Shown here in pieces: positions 1 to 9,963 of a stretch of DNA of 64,000 bases. Under the pieces are notes generated by a model that was given only the letters and a program-made list of their open reading frames with translations, was not told the origin of the DNA and made no database searches. How positions within the stretch are numbered: position 1 is the stretch's first letter; every line of letters begins with the position of its first letter. Where the stretch lies: the sequence record NC_048053.1; one strand, given 5' to 3'. Both the position numbers and the translations under genes were made by a program.

Positions 1-3
1 CAT

Positions 4-1467
4 ATGGAACTTTATTCACTGCCGTTAGAAATAAAGGCACTTAGAACAGTGACGAATCCGGATATTAAAAAGGCGCACCGTGTAAGTATGCTCGGACGCC
101 TTTCACCGGATCTGTTTAGTTCTGAGGTAACAAAGAAAGCGTATAAACGTATTTCGAAGTTGCTCGAATCACGCTCGATGATTCTTGATTGGGAGGATCT
201 GTTAGAAGATCCAAACTTGAACGTTGATTATCGCGACGAACTGCGCAGCGCCGAAGAAGCGCCAGCGAAGGGCATGAAAGGATTCGAGCGAATTCTTGAT
301 CCGCTTTTAAAATATCGCAAACGTCGAACCATTATGAATGTGGGGCGCAGCATTGCGAAAGATCTGGAAGGTGATGAAGACGATTTCGATGAAGACGATT
401 ATCTTCTCAAGCTCGCCGATCATCTTAATCAGGCGAAAGGTGGATCGGTTAACGAACGTGTTCATTCTTTTGGAGGAAAGAAATCGAACGCGTTGAAACT
501 CGCGAAGAAAGTTCTTAACTCGCCGTCAGAGGTTCTGTATAAAACAGGCTACGTTGAATACGATAGTCGAAATGCAGGTTTACCTACGACTGGTGTTTTT
601 ATTCTCGGTGCAAGTACATCCGGCGGTAAATCTGTTTTCAGTATGAACCTTGCGGATCGAATGGCGCGTGCAAACGGTATCCACTGTCTCAAGATAACTC
701 TTGAAATGACAGAAGAACAGGAAATGAACCGTATGCTCGCCATGATCAGTGGCGTTGATTTCTGGAAAATCAAACAGAACAAACTGACGAAGAAAGAGAA
801 GAAAGCTGTTCTGAAAGCAGCGAAGATTTACGATAACCAACTGCGTAAATCTGGCGCACGTAACAGTTTCGTTTCTCCTGATCGCGGCATGAGTATTGAT
901 GACGTGCTTTATATGGCAACGGCATACAATGCAGAAGTGACCGTGCTCGATTACGTTGGTCTTCTCGAAGGTGTTGATGATGGCGACCAGTGGAAAAATC
1001 TCGGTAGCGTTGTGCGTCGTGCGAAAGTTCATGCGCAGCAAAGCGGGAAGTTGATTATCATTCTGGTTCAGATTGATAGCGACACTGGTAAAATCCGTTA
1101 CTCACAAGCAATGAAGGAACACGCCGACGTTGTTTGGACGTGGAACTATTCTGATCCGGAAGTTCGTGAAACTCACGTTCTGCCGATTCAAGTAATCAAA
1201 GCGCGTGATGGTGAGCTATTCGATCTTCCTCTGCGTGAGGCGTTTGAGAAAATGCAGGTGCTTGATGGTGAAGGTGCGACCGCAACTTATTCAACTTCGG
1301 ACGATAACAAATCGCAATTCCGAAAAGGCGGTAGCAAGAAAAAACCTCTCGAACTTGCAGACCTGAAACCTAATCGACGTGCCGGAATGTTGGTTAACGC
1401 TGCGTATGATGACGATGGCGATAGCGGCAAGTCGAAGAAGAAGAAACGGAAATCTGCGCTTGAGTAA
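4..1467 (+). CDS. dnaB: Replicative DNA helicase, DnaB/SF4 family
   Basis: Walker A GASTSGGKS, LEM motif, Walker B VLDYVGLL, LVQ motif, Arg finger KARDG; 487 aa with basic C-tail. Confidence 0.92.
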   Translation: MELYSLPLEIKALRTVTNPDIKKAHRVSMLGRLSPDLFSSEVTKKAYKRISKLLESRSMILDWEDLLEDPNLNVDYRDELRSAEEAPAKGMKGFERILDPLLKYRKRRTIMNVGRSIAKDLEGDEDDFDEDDYLLKLADHLNQAKGGSVNERVHSFGGKKSNALKLAKKVLNSPSEVLYKTGYVEYDSRNAGLPTTGVFILGASTSGGKSVFSMNLADRMARANGIHCLKITLEMTEEQEMNRMLAMISGVDFWKIKQNKLTKKEKKAVLKAAKIYDNQLRKSGARNSFVSPDRGMSIDDVLYMATAYNAEVTVLDYVGLLEGVDDGDQWKNLGSVVRRAKVHAQQSGKLIIILVQIDSDTGKIRYSQAMKEHADVVWTWNYSDPEVRETHVLPIQVIKARDGELFDLPLREAFEKMQVLDGEGATATYSTSDDNKSQFRKGGSKKKPLELADLKPNRRAGMLVNAAYDDDGDSGKSKKKKRKSALE

Positions 1468-2239
1468 ATACGAATCTCCCTACGGCGTATTAGAATCAGA
1501 TGAACTGGTTCCACGCTGGACATTCCCTTGTGATGGAAGAATATCACCAGTGGAAGAAAATTGGATGTTGGGCGATATGAGCAACACGGTATCGCCCGTG
1601 CGGTTGACACGCGGAATTCACAAAATTCACAATCAGGATTTTGATTATGACGGAACTGATGAAATCGATCTCGACGAAACCGCAGATGCAATTCAAAAAA
1701 CAGAATCGCGTCTCCTTATCAGACCTGAACTTCGCGGAATCCGCAACCGCTCCAAAAAGAATGGTATTGGTGCGGAAAATGTTATCGAAGTCTCTGACGA
1801 TCAAGTAAGCGATATTATCGATCATGTAGAAGAAAAGGCAGATTCGTTTCGCAGCATGTTGTTGCGCCGAACTGTTCCGTTACTTCTTGGTTATGATATT
1901 GCGGCAGGTGAGTCCGAAGCAATTGTGCGCGACATTCTGAAAACCGATATTGAAATTGACGATGAGTTAGTTGGATATATCGGTCGTGTTACTCTCGCAG
2001 ATATGATCGGCGAGTCGATGAAATCGTGCGACAACCTACCTGAATCAGTGCGTGCTGACGTGCTTAAAGATTGGTTGATCAAAGCGTTTGATGGAGTGCG
2101 TGCTGACCATAGCCGTGCCAATAAAAGCAGTCTTGTGCGTCGTCTGAAAAACGAATACGAAGGCATGATTGCAAATGGCAAGGTTCCGTTGATTGGAACA
2201 TCAAGAGGATTGTCGCAGCGTCATGGCAAAGAAACCTAA
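1460..2239 (+). CDS. Hypothetical protein immediately upstream of terL (possible small terminase)
   Basis: Open frame; TTG start at 1460 overlapping the helicase stop; function from position only. Confidence 0.7.
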   Translation: MSKYESPYGVLESDELVPRWTFPCDGRISPVEENWMLGDMSNTVSPVRLTRGIHKIHNQDFDYDGTDEIDLDETADAIQKTESRLLIRPELRGIRNRSKKNGIGAENVIEVSDDQVSDIIDHVEEKADSFRSMLLRRTVPLLLGYDIAAGESEAIVRDILKTDIEIDDELVGYIGRVTLADMIGESMKSCDNLPESVRADVLKDWLIKAFDGVRADHSRANKSSLVRRLKNEYEGMIANGKVPLIGTSRGLSQRHGKET

Positions 2240-5036
2240 AGTAGCGGCGGTTCAATTAAAACCGAAGCGTATTTTAGCCTTTGAAACTTTGCTGAACGAT
2301 GGCGAAGATGAAGGTGAGGATCTAACTTTCGTAGAAGAGAAAAAAGGTACGGACGTTTCTTTTCTACAGGAAGGTGAAGTAAATATTGTGGATCTCGTTG
2401 ACCTAGCGTTGAAAGATAAATCGCTGGTTCCGCGAGATCTTAAATTTGATGACAGTGCTTGTCCTCAAGCGAAAAACTTTTTGGAGTGGGTTACTTCTCC
2501 CCATTTTCTAAAGCAGACGCCTTATCTGGAACAGGCACTTATCGGCCTGCGTTTATTCGGTGAGATCTGTCCTCGTTGTTCTGATCTGGATTGGTTGCCT
2601 ACCGAAGCGCACGAACCGCAAGAAGGTTTGGCGGGAATTCGAAAACACCTTACCTTACTTGAACATGGCGAGTGTCCGAAATGCGGCGCTCGTCGCAGTG
2701 AGTTGATGCACTCAAAAGAACTTAACTTCTACAACGAACTTGCGGTGAACGCAGGGCAGCGTTGCGTGGGTGCTTCAACTCCAGTTATTACTGAACGTGG
2801 TTTGTTGCCGATTAGTCATATGTTTATCGGACACGATTCGCCGGGATTTCATCTGCCTCGCATGAACATGTGCGCAAATACCGGAAACAAACTGGATCGT
2901 GTTAAGCAACTTTATGTGAGTACCGAAGGCACAACTAAACGCGTTGTGTTGCAAAACGGTATGCACATTGATGCGACGCCTGATCATCCTCTTAGAACTG
3001 AAACAGGTTTTAAGCGCGTTAAGAAATTGACCACGGAAGATCATGTTCAAATTTGTTTGGGAACAAACGTGTGGGGCAAAAAAGTTACTTTGCCTATCAC
3101 GATTGAAGAGGCTGGCCTTGCTACTCGCGATGCCGCGCTGGAATTTCTCAGACGCAACTCACTACCGATAGAAAATGATAAACTTATTTACACGTCCACT
3201 GCGCCAAAAGCGCAAATGGCTTGGTGTATTTTGCTTAACGCTGGTTTTCTCCCTGTTGTCCGAAATGTTGGCAATGAGTATTCTGTTGTATTTGATCTTA
3301 ATTCTCAACCTATCTCAAAATCTCTCTTCATAAAGATTGATAGCATTGAGGATACTGATGATCAGATAACTTATGATTTGGTGATGGATGGAATGCCTCA
3401 GTTTATTGCTGGCGGCCTTCTGAATCATAACAGCGGTAAGAGTATCGTTGTTGCGATGTGTTCCACGTATCTTACACATATCATCTTAAAGTCTCAGTCT
3501 CCCACTGGTATTCTTGGAATCAGTAACACGACAATTCTTCACGGAACTTTCGTAGCGCTGACGCAATCACAAGCGAAAGATACTTTGTGGACACCGTACT
3601 TCAACATGATATCTGATAGTCCGTGGTTCCAAAAATATCACGAAGTTATCAGGCGACAAGAAAGAAAATACGGTATCGAAGTAATGAAGATCCGTGACAC
3701 GTTTGTGTTATACGGACACCGTAACTTGATTGTCTATCCGGCTGGCCCTGATGGTCGTATTCTCCGTGGACGCACACGAATTTTTGGCGCTCTCGATGAA
3801 ATCGCGTACTTCGATAACGATGCGGATAGTAAGAAAGTAAAAGTTAGTGCCGGGATGGTTTACGGCGCACTTGATCGATCTCTTGCAACCGTGCGTGCGG
3901 CAGAGGATAAACTGATTGCCGCAGGCTATGATCGCGCATTTACTGGATACATGTTTAACGTAAGTAGTCCGGTTCATGCGCGAGATAAAATCAATGAACT
4001 GATGCGAAGCAGTGTTGGCAGTACAAAACTATTAGGCATTCACGCGCCTACATGGAAAATGAACCCAACAATGCCGCGCAATAGTCAGTTTTTGGAAGAA
4101 GCGTTTCGTCGCGATCCAATTGGTGCTGCGCGAGATTACGGCGCGGAAGCTCCGTTGTCTGCGAATCCATTTATCACTCAGCCTGTTTTTATCACGAAAG
4201 CAATTCGCGAGAAAGGCAGAAACATGTGCGTGTACAGTCATAAGATTGTTCGCCACAAAGATGGTTCGCGGCAGCGTTACGGAACTCTGGTAAAAGCTGC
4301 ATCAACAACTCAACCTAGTATCATGGCGCTCGATGCTGGTTATAGTAATAACAGTTTCGCTATGGTAGTTGGAAGTCGAAATGCAGCGGGAATTATTAGC
4401 GTTGATTGTATCGCAGAAATAATTCCTTTGCCCGGTATTCCCCTTAACTATACGTTAATCTTCGATGAATTGTTGCTGCCTTTGTGTCAGAAACGAAACG
4501 TAAAAGTTTTGCTGGCTGACCAATGGAACAGTATTAAGCTGTTGCAGGATGCCAAACTAAAAGGCGGGATTGATGAAGCAGATAAATACAGTCTCAAGTA
4601 TCAAGATTTGTGGACGGTAAAAACTTTGCTGGAGTCAGAAATTCCTCGCTTGAGTTTGCCTCGTATGCAGCACGCGGAAACAATCTCAGATACGTTGCTT
4701 TATGATGGTGAAAACTATCCGTACTGTTTTGAAAATAAACCTACCGAACACCTTATCATGCAAATTCAAACGGTGCAGGACACCGGGAGAAGTGTAATTA
4801 AAAACATGGGCGCAACGGATGATAGTTGGCGTGCTATGGCGTTAATGGTTTGGGGATTCGAAAGCGGAAACTACGAAGAAGCATTAACCATTAGAGAAGA
4901 AGTTCGCGTTAATCGTGATCCGTCTCGACTTGGTGTTTCTAAAGGCCGTAGGAATACGGGAAGCGCCTCAAGTACCGCGCTGTCTAGTGGTAGTCCGTTA
5001 GGTTCTGTCAGGACGCGAAGAATAGGACAAAAATAA
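2223..5036 (+). CDS. terL: Terminase large subunit, intein-containing precursor
   Basis: Walker A GQR|SGKS split by intein, Walker B IFGALDE, RNase H-like nuclease IMALDAG; N-terminal CPRC/CPKC. Confidence 0.9.
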   Translation: MAKKPKVAAVQLKPKRILAFETLLNDGEDEGEDLTFVEEKKGTDVSFLQEGEVNIVDLVDLALKDKSLVPRDLKFDDSACPQAKNFLEWVTSPHFLKQTPYLEQALIGLRLFGEICPRCSDLDWLPTEAHEPQEGLAGIRKHLTLLEHGECPKCGARRSELMHSKELNFYNELAVNAGQRCVGASTPVITERGLLPISHMFIGHDSPGFHLPRMNMCANTGNKLDRVKQLYVSTEGTTKRVVLQNGMHIDATPDHPLRTETGFKRVKKLTTEDHVQICLGTNVWGKKVTLPITIEEAGLATRDAALEFLRRNSLPIENDKLIYTSTAPKAQMAWCILLNAGFLPVVRNVGNEYSVVFDLNSQPISKSLFIKIDSIEDTDDQITYDLVMDGMPQFIAGGLLNHNSGKSIVVAMCSTYLTHIILKSQSPTGILGISNTTILHGTFVALTQSQAKDTLWTPYFNMISDSPWFQKYHEVIRRQERKYGIEVMKIRDTFVLYGHRNLIVYPAGPDGRILRGRTRIFGALDEIAYFDNDADSKKVKVSAGMVYGALDRSLATVRAAEDKLIAAGYDRAFTGYMFNVSSPVHARDKINELMRSSVGSTKLLGIHAPTWKMNPTMPRNSQFLEEAFRRDPIGAARDYGAEAPLSANPFITQPVFITKAIREKGRNMCVYSHKIVRHKDGSRQRYGTLVKAASTTQPSIMALDAGYSNNSFAMVVGSRNAAGIISVDCIAEIIPLPGIPLNYTLIFDELLLPLCQKRNVKVLLADQWNSIKLLQDAKLKGGIDEADKYSLKYQDLWTVKTLLESEIPRLSLPRMQHAETISDTLLYDGENYPYCFENKPTEHLIMQIQTVQDTGRSVIKNMGATDDSWRAMALMVWGFESGNYEEALTIREEVRVNRDPSRLGVSKGRRNTGSASSTALSSGSPLGSVRTRRIGQK
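2763..3431 (+). mobile_element. Intein (223 aa) in the TerL P-loop, endonuclease domain apparently degenerate
   Basis: Cys1 (CVGAST), block B DATPDH, block F TYDL, terminal HN followed by Ser+1. Confidence 0.93.
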
Positions 5037-5099
5037 AGTAATTTGGAGATATACAGCGGGAATACTATTCCCGCTTGTCCTATTCAAAAGGGGAATAAA

Positions 5100-5315
5100 A
5101 TGAGTAAAAGATATTTCAATCCGTTGACCGCTAACGTCGCTTCTTCTACATCTTCTGTAAAGAAAGATGAGGTGGCTTCAACTTCTGCATTCAACATTAC
5201 CGATCCTTCGGTCTGTCCGAAATGCGATAGCTCCACTGTTGAAACAAAACTTTTATCTAGTGAGCCTGTTCGCTTTTGCACAAATTGCAGAGTAGTTATG
5301 GCGCTTCCAGAATAA
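5100..5315 (+). CDS. Small zinc-ribbon protein
   Basis: CPKC...CTNC; ATG 5100 after GGGA. Confidence 0.75.
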   Translation: MSKRYFNPLTANVASSTSSVKKDEVASTSAFNITDPSVCPKCDSSTVETKLLSSEPVRFCTNCRVVMALPE

Positions 5316-5327
5316 CGGGGAAATCTA

Positions 5328-7271
5328 ATGGGTATCAAACTCGGTCGTGAAGTTCGCGAGCCTCAAATATCAAAGAGCAGCGAAAGCGCGAAGAAAGCAA
5401 AGACTCGCCCGTTAGGATCGAAATCACAAGAGCGTGCTCAGGCAAATATCCAATCAATGTCAAAAGTTGCGAAACCTTTTCGCTCAACTTCGAGTGGCGC
5501 GGGAATGAGCGGCGGCAATATGCAAGTCGGCAGTGTTCCGCTTGATATTGATTTGGGGCCAATGTTGGAAGGCATGGATTATGATGCCGATGACCGACAA
5601 CTTTTTAATCTCTATCGTGATATTTATTTCTTCGATCCTATCGGCGGCAGTTACGTCGATCTATTCAGTACCCTTCCGTTCTCGGATGTAAGTTTCAGCG
5701 GCGCAAAAGATAGTGTGCTTGAAGCGTACTATGAAGTGAACGAACGTTTGTCGCTTTCCTCCAGTATGCCGAACATCACAACTGATCTTCTGGTCACTGG
5801 TGCATTCTGTGGAAGCATGTTGTATAACAAGGAACGTAAAAAATTCATCGACCTGATGACGCACCGCTACGATAACATCGAAGCAACGCCGTTCCCGTTA
5901 ATGTCGCAAGATCCAATTTTCGAATTGCGCGTGCCTCAAGATGTTAAGCGTGCTTTTTCAAAAGAAAGTCGCCGCGTCGATGCTCTGCGTAAAGAACTCG
6001 GTGCAGGTTTCGTTGATAAGATGCTCAACGAAAATATGGTTGAACTCGATCCGATTGGTACGATTTATATTCCGCGCAAAACTTTTACCTTCGGTGAAGG
6101 CGTAAGTGCGTTTCGTCGTATGCTTCCGATCTGGCTGATTGAGAAAAACTTGTATCGTGGCACACTTATCGAATCCGGTCGCCGTCAGCGTGGTATTCTT
6201 CACGCTCAGTTAGGCGATGGCGATCAGTGGGAACCGTCGCAAGAAGAAATGGACTTCATCACTGACTTACTTCTGAATGCGGATAGTGACCCAATCGGTT
6301 CTATCATCACAACGCGTTTGGGTGTGAACATTAGTGAATTCCGTCAGGGCGGTGATTTCTGGAAGATTACCGATATTTGGGATCAGACTGCATCATTCAA
6401 GATGCGCTTGCTTGGAATTTCCGAAGCATTACTTTCCGGCGAAGCAAACTATGATAGTGCCGCAACTGGTCTAACTGTATTTATCGAATCACTCCGCGCC
6501 TATCGCGATTTTGTAACGCGCAAAGTTTATTATGAAAAAGTTTTCCCGCTTATCAGTATGATGAACGGTTACGCTATCGGTAAGAATGGCAAGATTATGA
6601 AAAAATCTGGCCTGATGGATGGCAGCTTGAATGAAATCATGTATCGTTTGAATGACGGTAGCAAACTGTTTATTCCTAACGTGCATTGGTCTAAGCAACT
6701 GCGTCCTGATATTGACAGCGCAATGATGGAAAACTTGCGTGCGATGACTGAACTTGGTGTTCCGGTTCCGTTGCGTAGTATTGCTGCGGCTGGCGGTTTT
6801 AACTTTGATCAGTTATTGATGGATCAGGATGAAGATCTCGCGCTCCGTCATAAACTTCTGGCGTACAAAAAACGTCAGCAAGAAATTGATAAGCAATACT
6901 CTATCGAAGATTCTGCTGGCGGTGACGGCGATAGCTATTCTTCTGTATCGTCTACCGGACGCGGTATGCAGAGTGTTCTCGGTGTGCCTAATGTTCTCGG
7001 AAGTCAGTCTGCTGTTCTTGGTGGCGTGCGCCGTCCGGGATTGAAAGGTCGTGATTTCGGCGAGCAATCCGAAATCTTCGAAATCGGTAAAACTGGCAAG
7101 AAGAAACATGTGTTCCGTCAGGCACGCGCGAATCAAAAAGCAAACGACGCGATCTACAAGACCATTCAGAATTACGAGCGTAATAAAACTATGCCTCTGG
7201 ATTCTGGCCTTGTGACTCGCGAGCCTACTGCTTACGAAACGCGTGCTATGCGTCGTGCAGGATTGTTCTGA
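5328..7271 (+). CDS. Probable portal protein
   Basis: 647 aa, directly downstream of terL; portal-like segment LLGISEALLSGEANYDSA. Confidence 0.72.
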   Translation: MGIKLGREVREPQISKSSESAKKAKTRPLGSKSQERAQANIQSMSKVAKPFRSTSSGAGMSGGNMQVGSVPLDIDLGPMLEGMDYDADDRQLFNLYRDIYFFDPIGGSYVDLFSTLPFSDVSFSGAKDSVLEAYYEVNERLSLSSSMPNITTDLLVTGAFCGSMLYNKERKKFIDLMTHRYDNIEATPFPLMSQDPIFELRVPQDVKRAFSKESRRVDALRKELGAGFVDKMLNENMVELDPIGTIYIPRKTFTFGEGVSAFRRMLPIWLIEKNLYRGTLIESGRRQRGILHAQLGDGDQWEPSQEEMDFITDLLLNADSDPIGSIITTRLGVNISEFRQGGDFWKITDIWDQTASFKMRLLGISEALLSGEANYDSAATGLTVFIESLRAYRDFVTRKVYYEKVFPLISMMNGYAIGKNGKIMKKSGLMDGSLNEIMYRLNDGSKLFIPNVHWSKQLRPDIDSAMMENLRAMTELGVPVPLRSIAAAGGFNFDQLLMDQDEDLALRHKLLAYKKRQQEIDKQYSIEDSAGGDGDSYSSVSSTGRGMQSVLGVPNVLGSQSAVLGGVRRPGLKGRDFGEQSEIFEIGKTGKKKHVFRQARANQKANDAIYKTIQNYERNKTMPLDSGLVTREPTAYETRAMRRAGLF

Positions 7272-7579
7272 TGAAATTTAATTTCAATGTTCCGTGCTCC
7301 GGTACGGAACGTCGCATATGCTACCAACATCCGGTTTTTCCAAACTACGGTTTGGCCTTGTCTGTAAATGAAAATCGTACTGCGCTTACTTGCTGTATTG
7401 TTTTCGGTGATATTAGTGATTACCGGGATTTGGAAATAATCTCGGATCTCACTGCGCCAATTGATGTTTTTGTTTGGGCTTTTACCATAATGCAGAAAAT
7501 TCAAAATACTGTAAATGGTATAAGTGTAGACGTGGAGAATCTTCTCTCCACAAGTAAATACTTCTATCAGGAGAAATAA
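7271..7579 (+). CDS. Hypothetical protein
   Basis: 102 aa ORF, TGATG coupling with portal stop. Confidence 0.65.
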   Translation: MKFNFNVPCSGTERRICYQHPVFPNYGLALSVNENRTALTCCIVFGDISDYRDLEIISDLTAPIDVFVWAFTIMQKIQNTVNGISVDVENLLSTSKYFYQEK

Positions 7580-7580
7580 A

Positions 7581-7955
7581 GTGAGTGAACTGTTTCCGCA
7601 TCGCGTTCTTCCCGCAAAAACGAAAGGCTTTGTTTTCGTAGTTGTTGCCGAAGACGAAGACGTTCAGGATCTGGTCGAAGGTGCTATTCAGGCCGAAAAA
7701 ATCCTCAACGAAAAGTTTGAAACGGATGCTAACTCTGGTCTGACTCCGGAAGACGCTCGTAATCCGGAAGAAGTTGATATGGTTTACGCCGACGCGGTTT
7801 CGCTGCTGGAAGACAATAACTTCCCGCTGGCTGAATGCTTCATCGTTACCAGTGTAACGGTTGTCGGCGATCTGGTAGTTGTTGTTGCGTCACTTGGCGA
7901 CGTTGACGACGAGGACGAAGACGACGAAGAACTCTCAGAAGAAGATTTCGAATAA
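7581..7955 (+). CDS. Acidic hypothetical protein
   Basis: GTG start after AGGAG; D/E-rich C-tail. Confidence 0.75.
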   Translation: MSELFPHRVLPAKTKGFVFVVVAEDEDVQDLVEGAIQAEKILNEKFETDANSGLTPEDARNPEEVDMVYADAVSLLEDNNFPLAECFIVTSVTVVGDLVVVVASLGDVDDEDEDDEELSEEDFE

Positions 7956-7974
7956 AAAGTTTCGGGAGGCAGCA

Positions 7975-8463
7975 ATGCCTCCTGTTCTTTCGGGGAATTC
8001 TATGACAGATTCAAATAATGAAAGGCATCGACTGATTTGCAGCGTGCCAGAAAGTTTGCCGCCTTTCGATAGTGCTTTAATCGATCTCGATAAAAAGGGA
8101 ATGTTAAAGTTGCTTCTGTCTGCCGCTCCGGACGTATGCCAAATCGTTACTCTGTCTAGTCCGAAAACGCCTCTCGCAAAATACTTCCCAATGCTTTTCA
8201 GAAAGAAATTTCGTTGCGTAAGTTTCTCGTTGGAATTTCCGAACGATCTGCTTTTGTCCGGTCGTGTCGTACATTTATTTGTGCGCAATAAACCGTTTAC
8301 TACTCTGTCTCCGTTGTTCTATCGAGGTTCGAGTTGTTTGCATGAACTCAGTCAGTGCTCAGGGCGCGTAATCGATTTGTATGTTGGCGGCCTGAAATTT
8401 CACGAAGCGCTGAAAGAACGTTACGGGATAAAAGAGTCGATTGTTTTTATGGAGGAACAGTGA
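7975..8463 (+). CDS. Hypothetical protein
   Basis: ATG 7975 after GGGAGG; fills the gap between neighbours. Confidence 0.7.
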   Translation: MPPVLSGNSMTDSNNERHRLICSVPESLPPFDSALIDLDKKGMLKLLLSAAPDVCQIVTLSSPKTPLAKYFPMLFRKKFRCVSFSLEFPNDLLLSGRVVHLFVRNKPFTTLSPLFYRGSSCLHELSQCSGRVIDLYVGGLKFHEALKERYGIKESIVFMEEQ

Positions 8464-9497
8464 GTAGATCATTTGGTTCCATTTCCGAAGAAAGCGAACC
8501 AAAATCAAAAGTAACGCAACTCACACCGAAAGTTGTTTTTCGCAAGAAGCCTACGCTTCATGTTTTTGATGCAAGCAACTGGTTGTGCCGCGCCTACTTT
8601 GTGTCGCAGAATCAAAATCGGAAATTGACCGCACCTGATGGAACACCTACAGGCGCAGTTTATATCTTCATGACGATGGTTGACGCAATGCTTACGCAGA
8701 TTCGTCGCGATCCTCGCGGGGCATACGTTGCGTTTTGTTTTGACGGTCGTTCCAATAGTACGTGGCGATATCGTGCCATTCGTAATTGGAGTGCGGAACA
8801 AACGAAAGACACAATCGAAAAAGTCTTTCCGAAAAGCAGTGATTACAAAGGCAATCGTGACAGAACAAAAACTGCCGACTTGCCTATTCAAATGGATTTG
8901 GCGCAAGAAATATTAGAAGCGTATGGTGTATGGGCGCGTCGTAAAACTCCCTACGAAGCTGATGACATTATCGGTACGCTCTCTCATCGTTTTAGTTCGA
9001 AGTGTTTTGTTGATATCTATTCGCGCGACAAAGATACGTTACAACTTGTAGACAATCCGCGTGTTCAAGTTATAATGGCAGCGCAGTCAAACGCTATCGA
9101 AAAACGATACACATTAAAAAATGTTCATTCGCATTTCGGCGTATCTCATGAACGCATCGTAGATTTTCTTGCGATGTGCGGAGACACTGCTGATAACGTG
9201 CCGGGATTGCCGGGCGTTGCGGAAGGAACAGCAATAAAACTCTTAGAGGAATATGGAAGCCTCGAAAATTTAATTAAAGCTGCGCCTACGATCAAATCAA
9301 ATGCTCGCTGGCGAAATGCTATTATAGGAAAGTACCCGCTGATGGATCTGGATCTACAGCGTGAGTTGGTTACGATTGATCGCAATGTTCCGATGTTGCC
9401 TAAGAAACTTTCTGATTTCGAAATCAGAGAGCCAGATTTGAAAGCAATAAAGGACTTAAAGAAGCGACTCAAATTTAAACGTATATTTGAAATCTAA
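8460..9497 (+). CDS. 5'-3' exonuclease / flap endonuclease (PolI N-terminal, T5 D15 / T4 RNase H-like)
   Basis: HVFDASNWLCRAYF, YEADDIIGTL, SRDKD, GDTADNVPGLPGVAEGTA; GTG start after GGAGG. Confidence 0.93.
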   Translation: MSRSFGSISEESEPKSKVTQLTPKVVFRKKPTLHVFDASNWLCRAYFVSQNQNRKLTAPDGTPTGAVYIFMTMVDAMLTQIRRDPRGAYVAFCFDGRSNSTWRYRAIRNWSAEQTKDTIEKVFPKSSDYKGNRDRTKTADLPIQMDLAQEILEAYGVWARRKTPYEADDIIGTLSHRFSSKCFVDIYSRDKDTLQLVDNPRVQVIMAAQSNAIEKRYTLKNVHSHFGVSHERIVDFLAMCGDTADNVPGLPGVAEGTAIKLLEEYGSLENLIKAAPTIKSNARWRNAIIGKYPLMDLDLQRELVTIDRNVPMLPKKLSDFEIREPDLKAIKDLKKRLKFKRIFEI

Positions 9498-9508
9498 GGG
9501 TATTATCT

Positions 9509-9958
9509 ATGGACGTTCAAACTCGCTTGGCAAATTTTATAGAATCTTACCACTCTGCGTTTCAATCTGATGATTGCGAAGCTGTTGATATTCGCCTCGT
9601 CAATGTTGTGCGCACTGTTCAAGGAAAAGATCCTGAAATTATTCCGAAAGACTTGTTCAACTCCTTCTTGTTCCAGATTGCGTACAAACGTTTTTACGAA
9701 CACGCACAAACTAAACTCGATCTGTCGTTGATTGTACTGGCGGCCTGTATTAGCAGCCTGCCGGGTGAAGTAGTAATGCTTTGTTCTTATTGCTACCTCA
9801 AAGGCATTTCAAACTTCGATGAGTTTGCTCTTGATGTTGGGTTCGATTCCTGTCCTTCCGATTTCAGCGCGGCATGGGATGCGCAAAAAGTTGAAGGCGC
9901 TAATGCGCTGGATATGTTATCGGAAGTTGAAGCCTACCGTACAAAACAGTTAGGGTAA
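9509..9958 (+). CDS. Hypothetical protein
   Basis: 149 aa ORF in gene-dense tandem array. Confidence 0.7.
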   Translation: MDVQTRLANFIESYHSAFQSDDCEAVDIRLVNVVRTVQGKDPEIIPKDLFNSFLFQIAYKRFYEHAQTKLDLSLIVLAACISSLPGEVVMLCSYCYLKGISNFDEFALDVGFDSCPSDFSAAWDAQKVEGANALDMLSEVEAYRTKQLG

Positions 9959-9963
9959 GTGCT

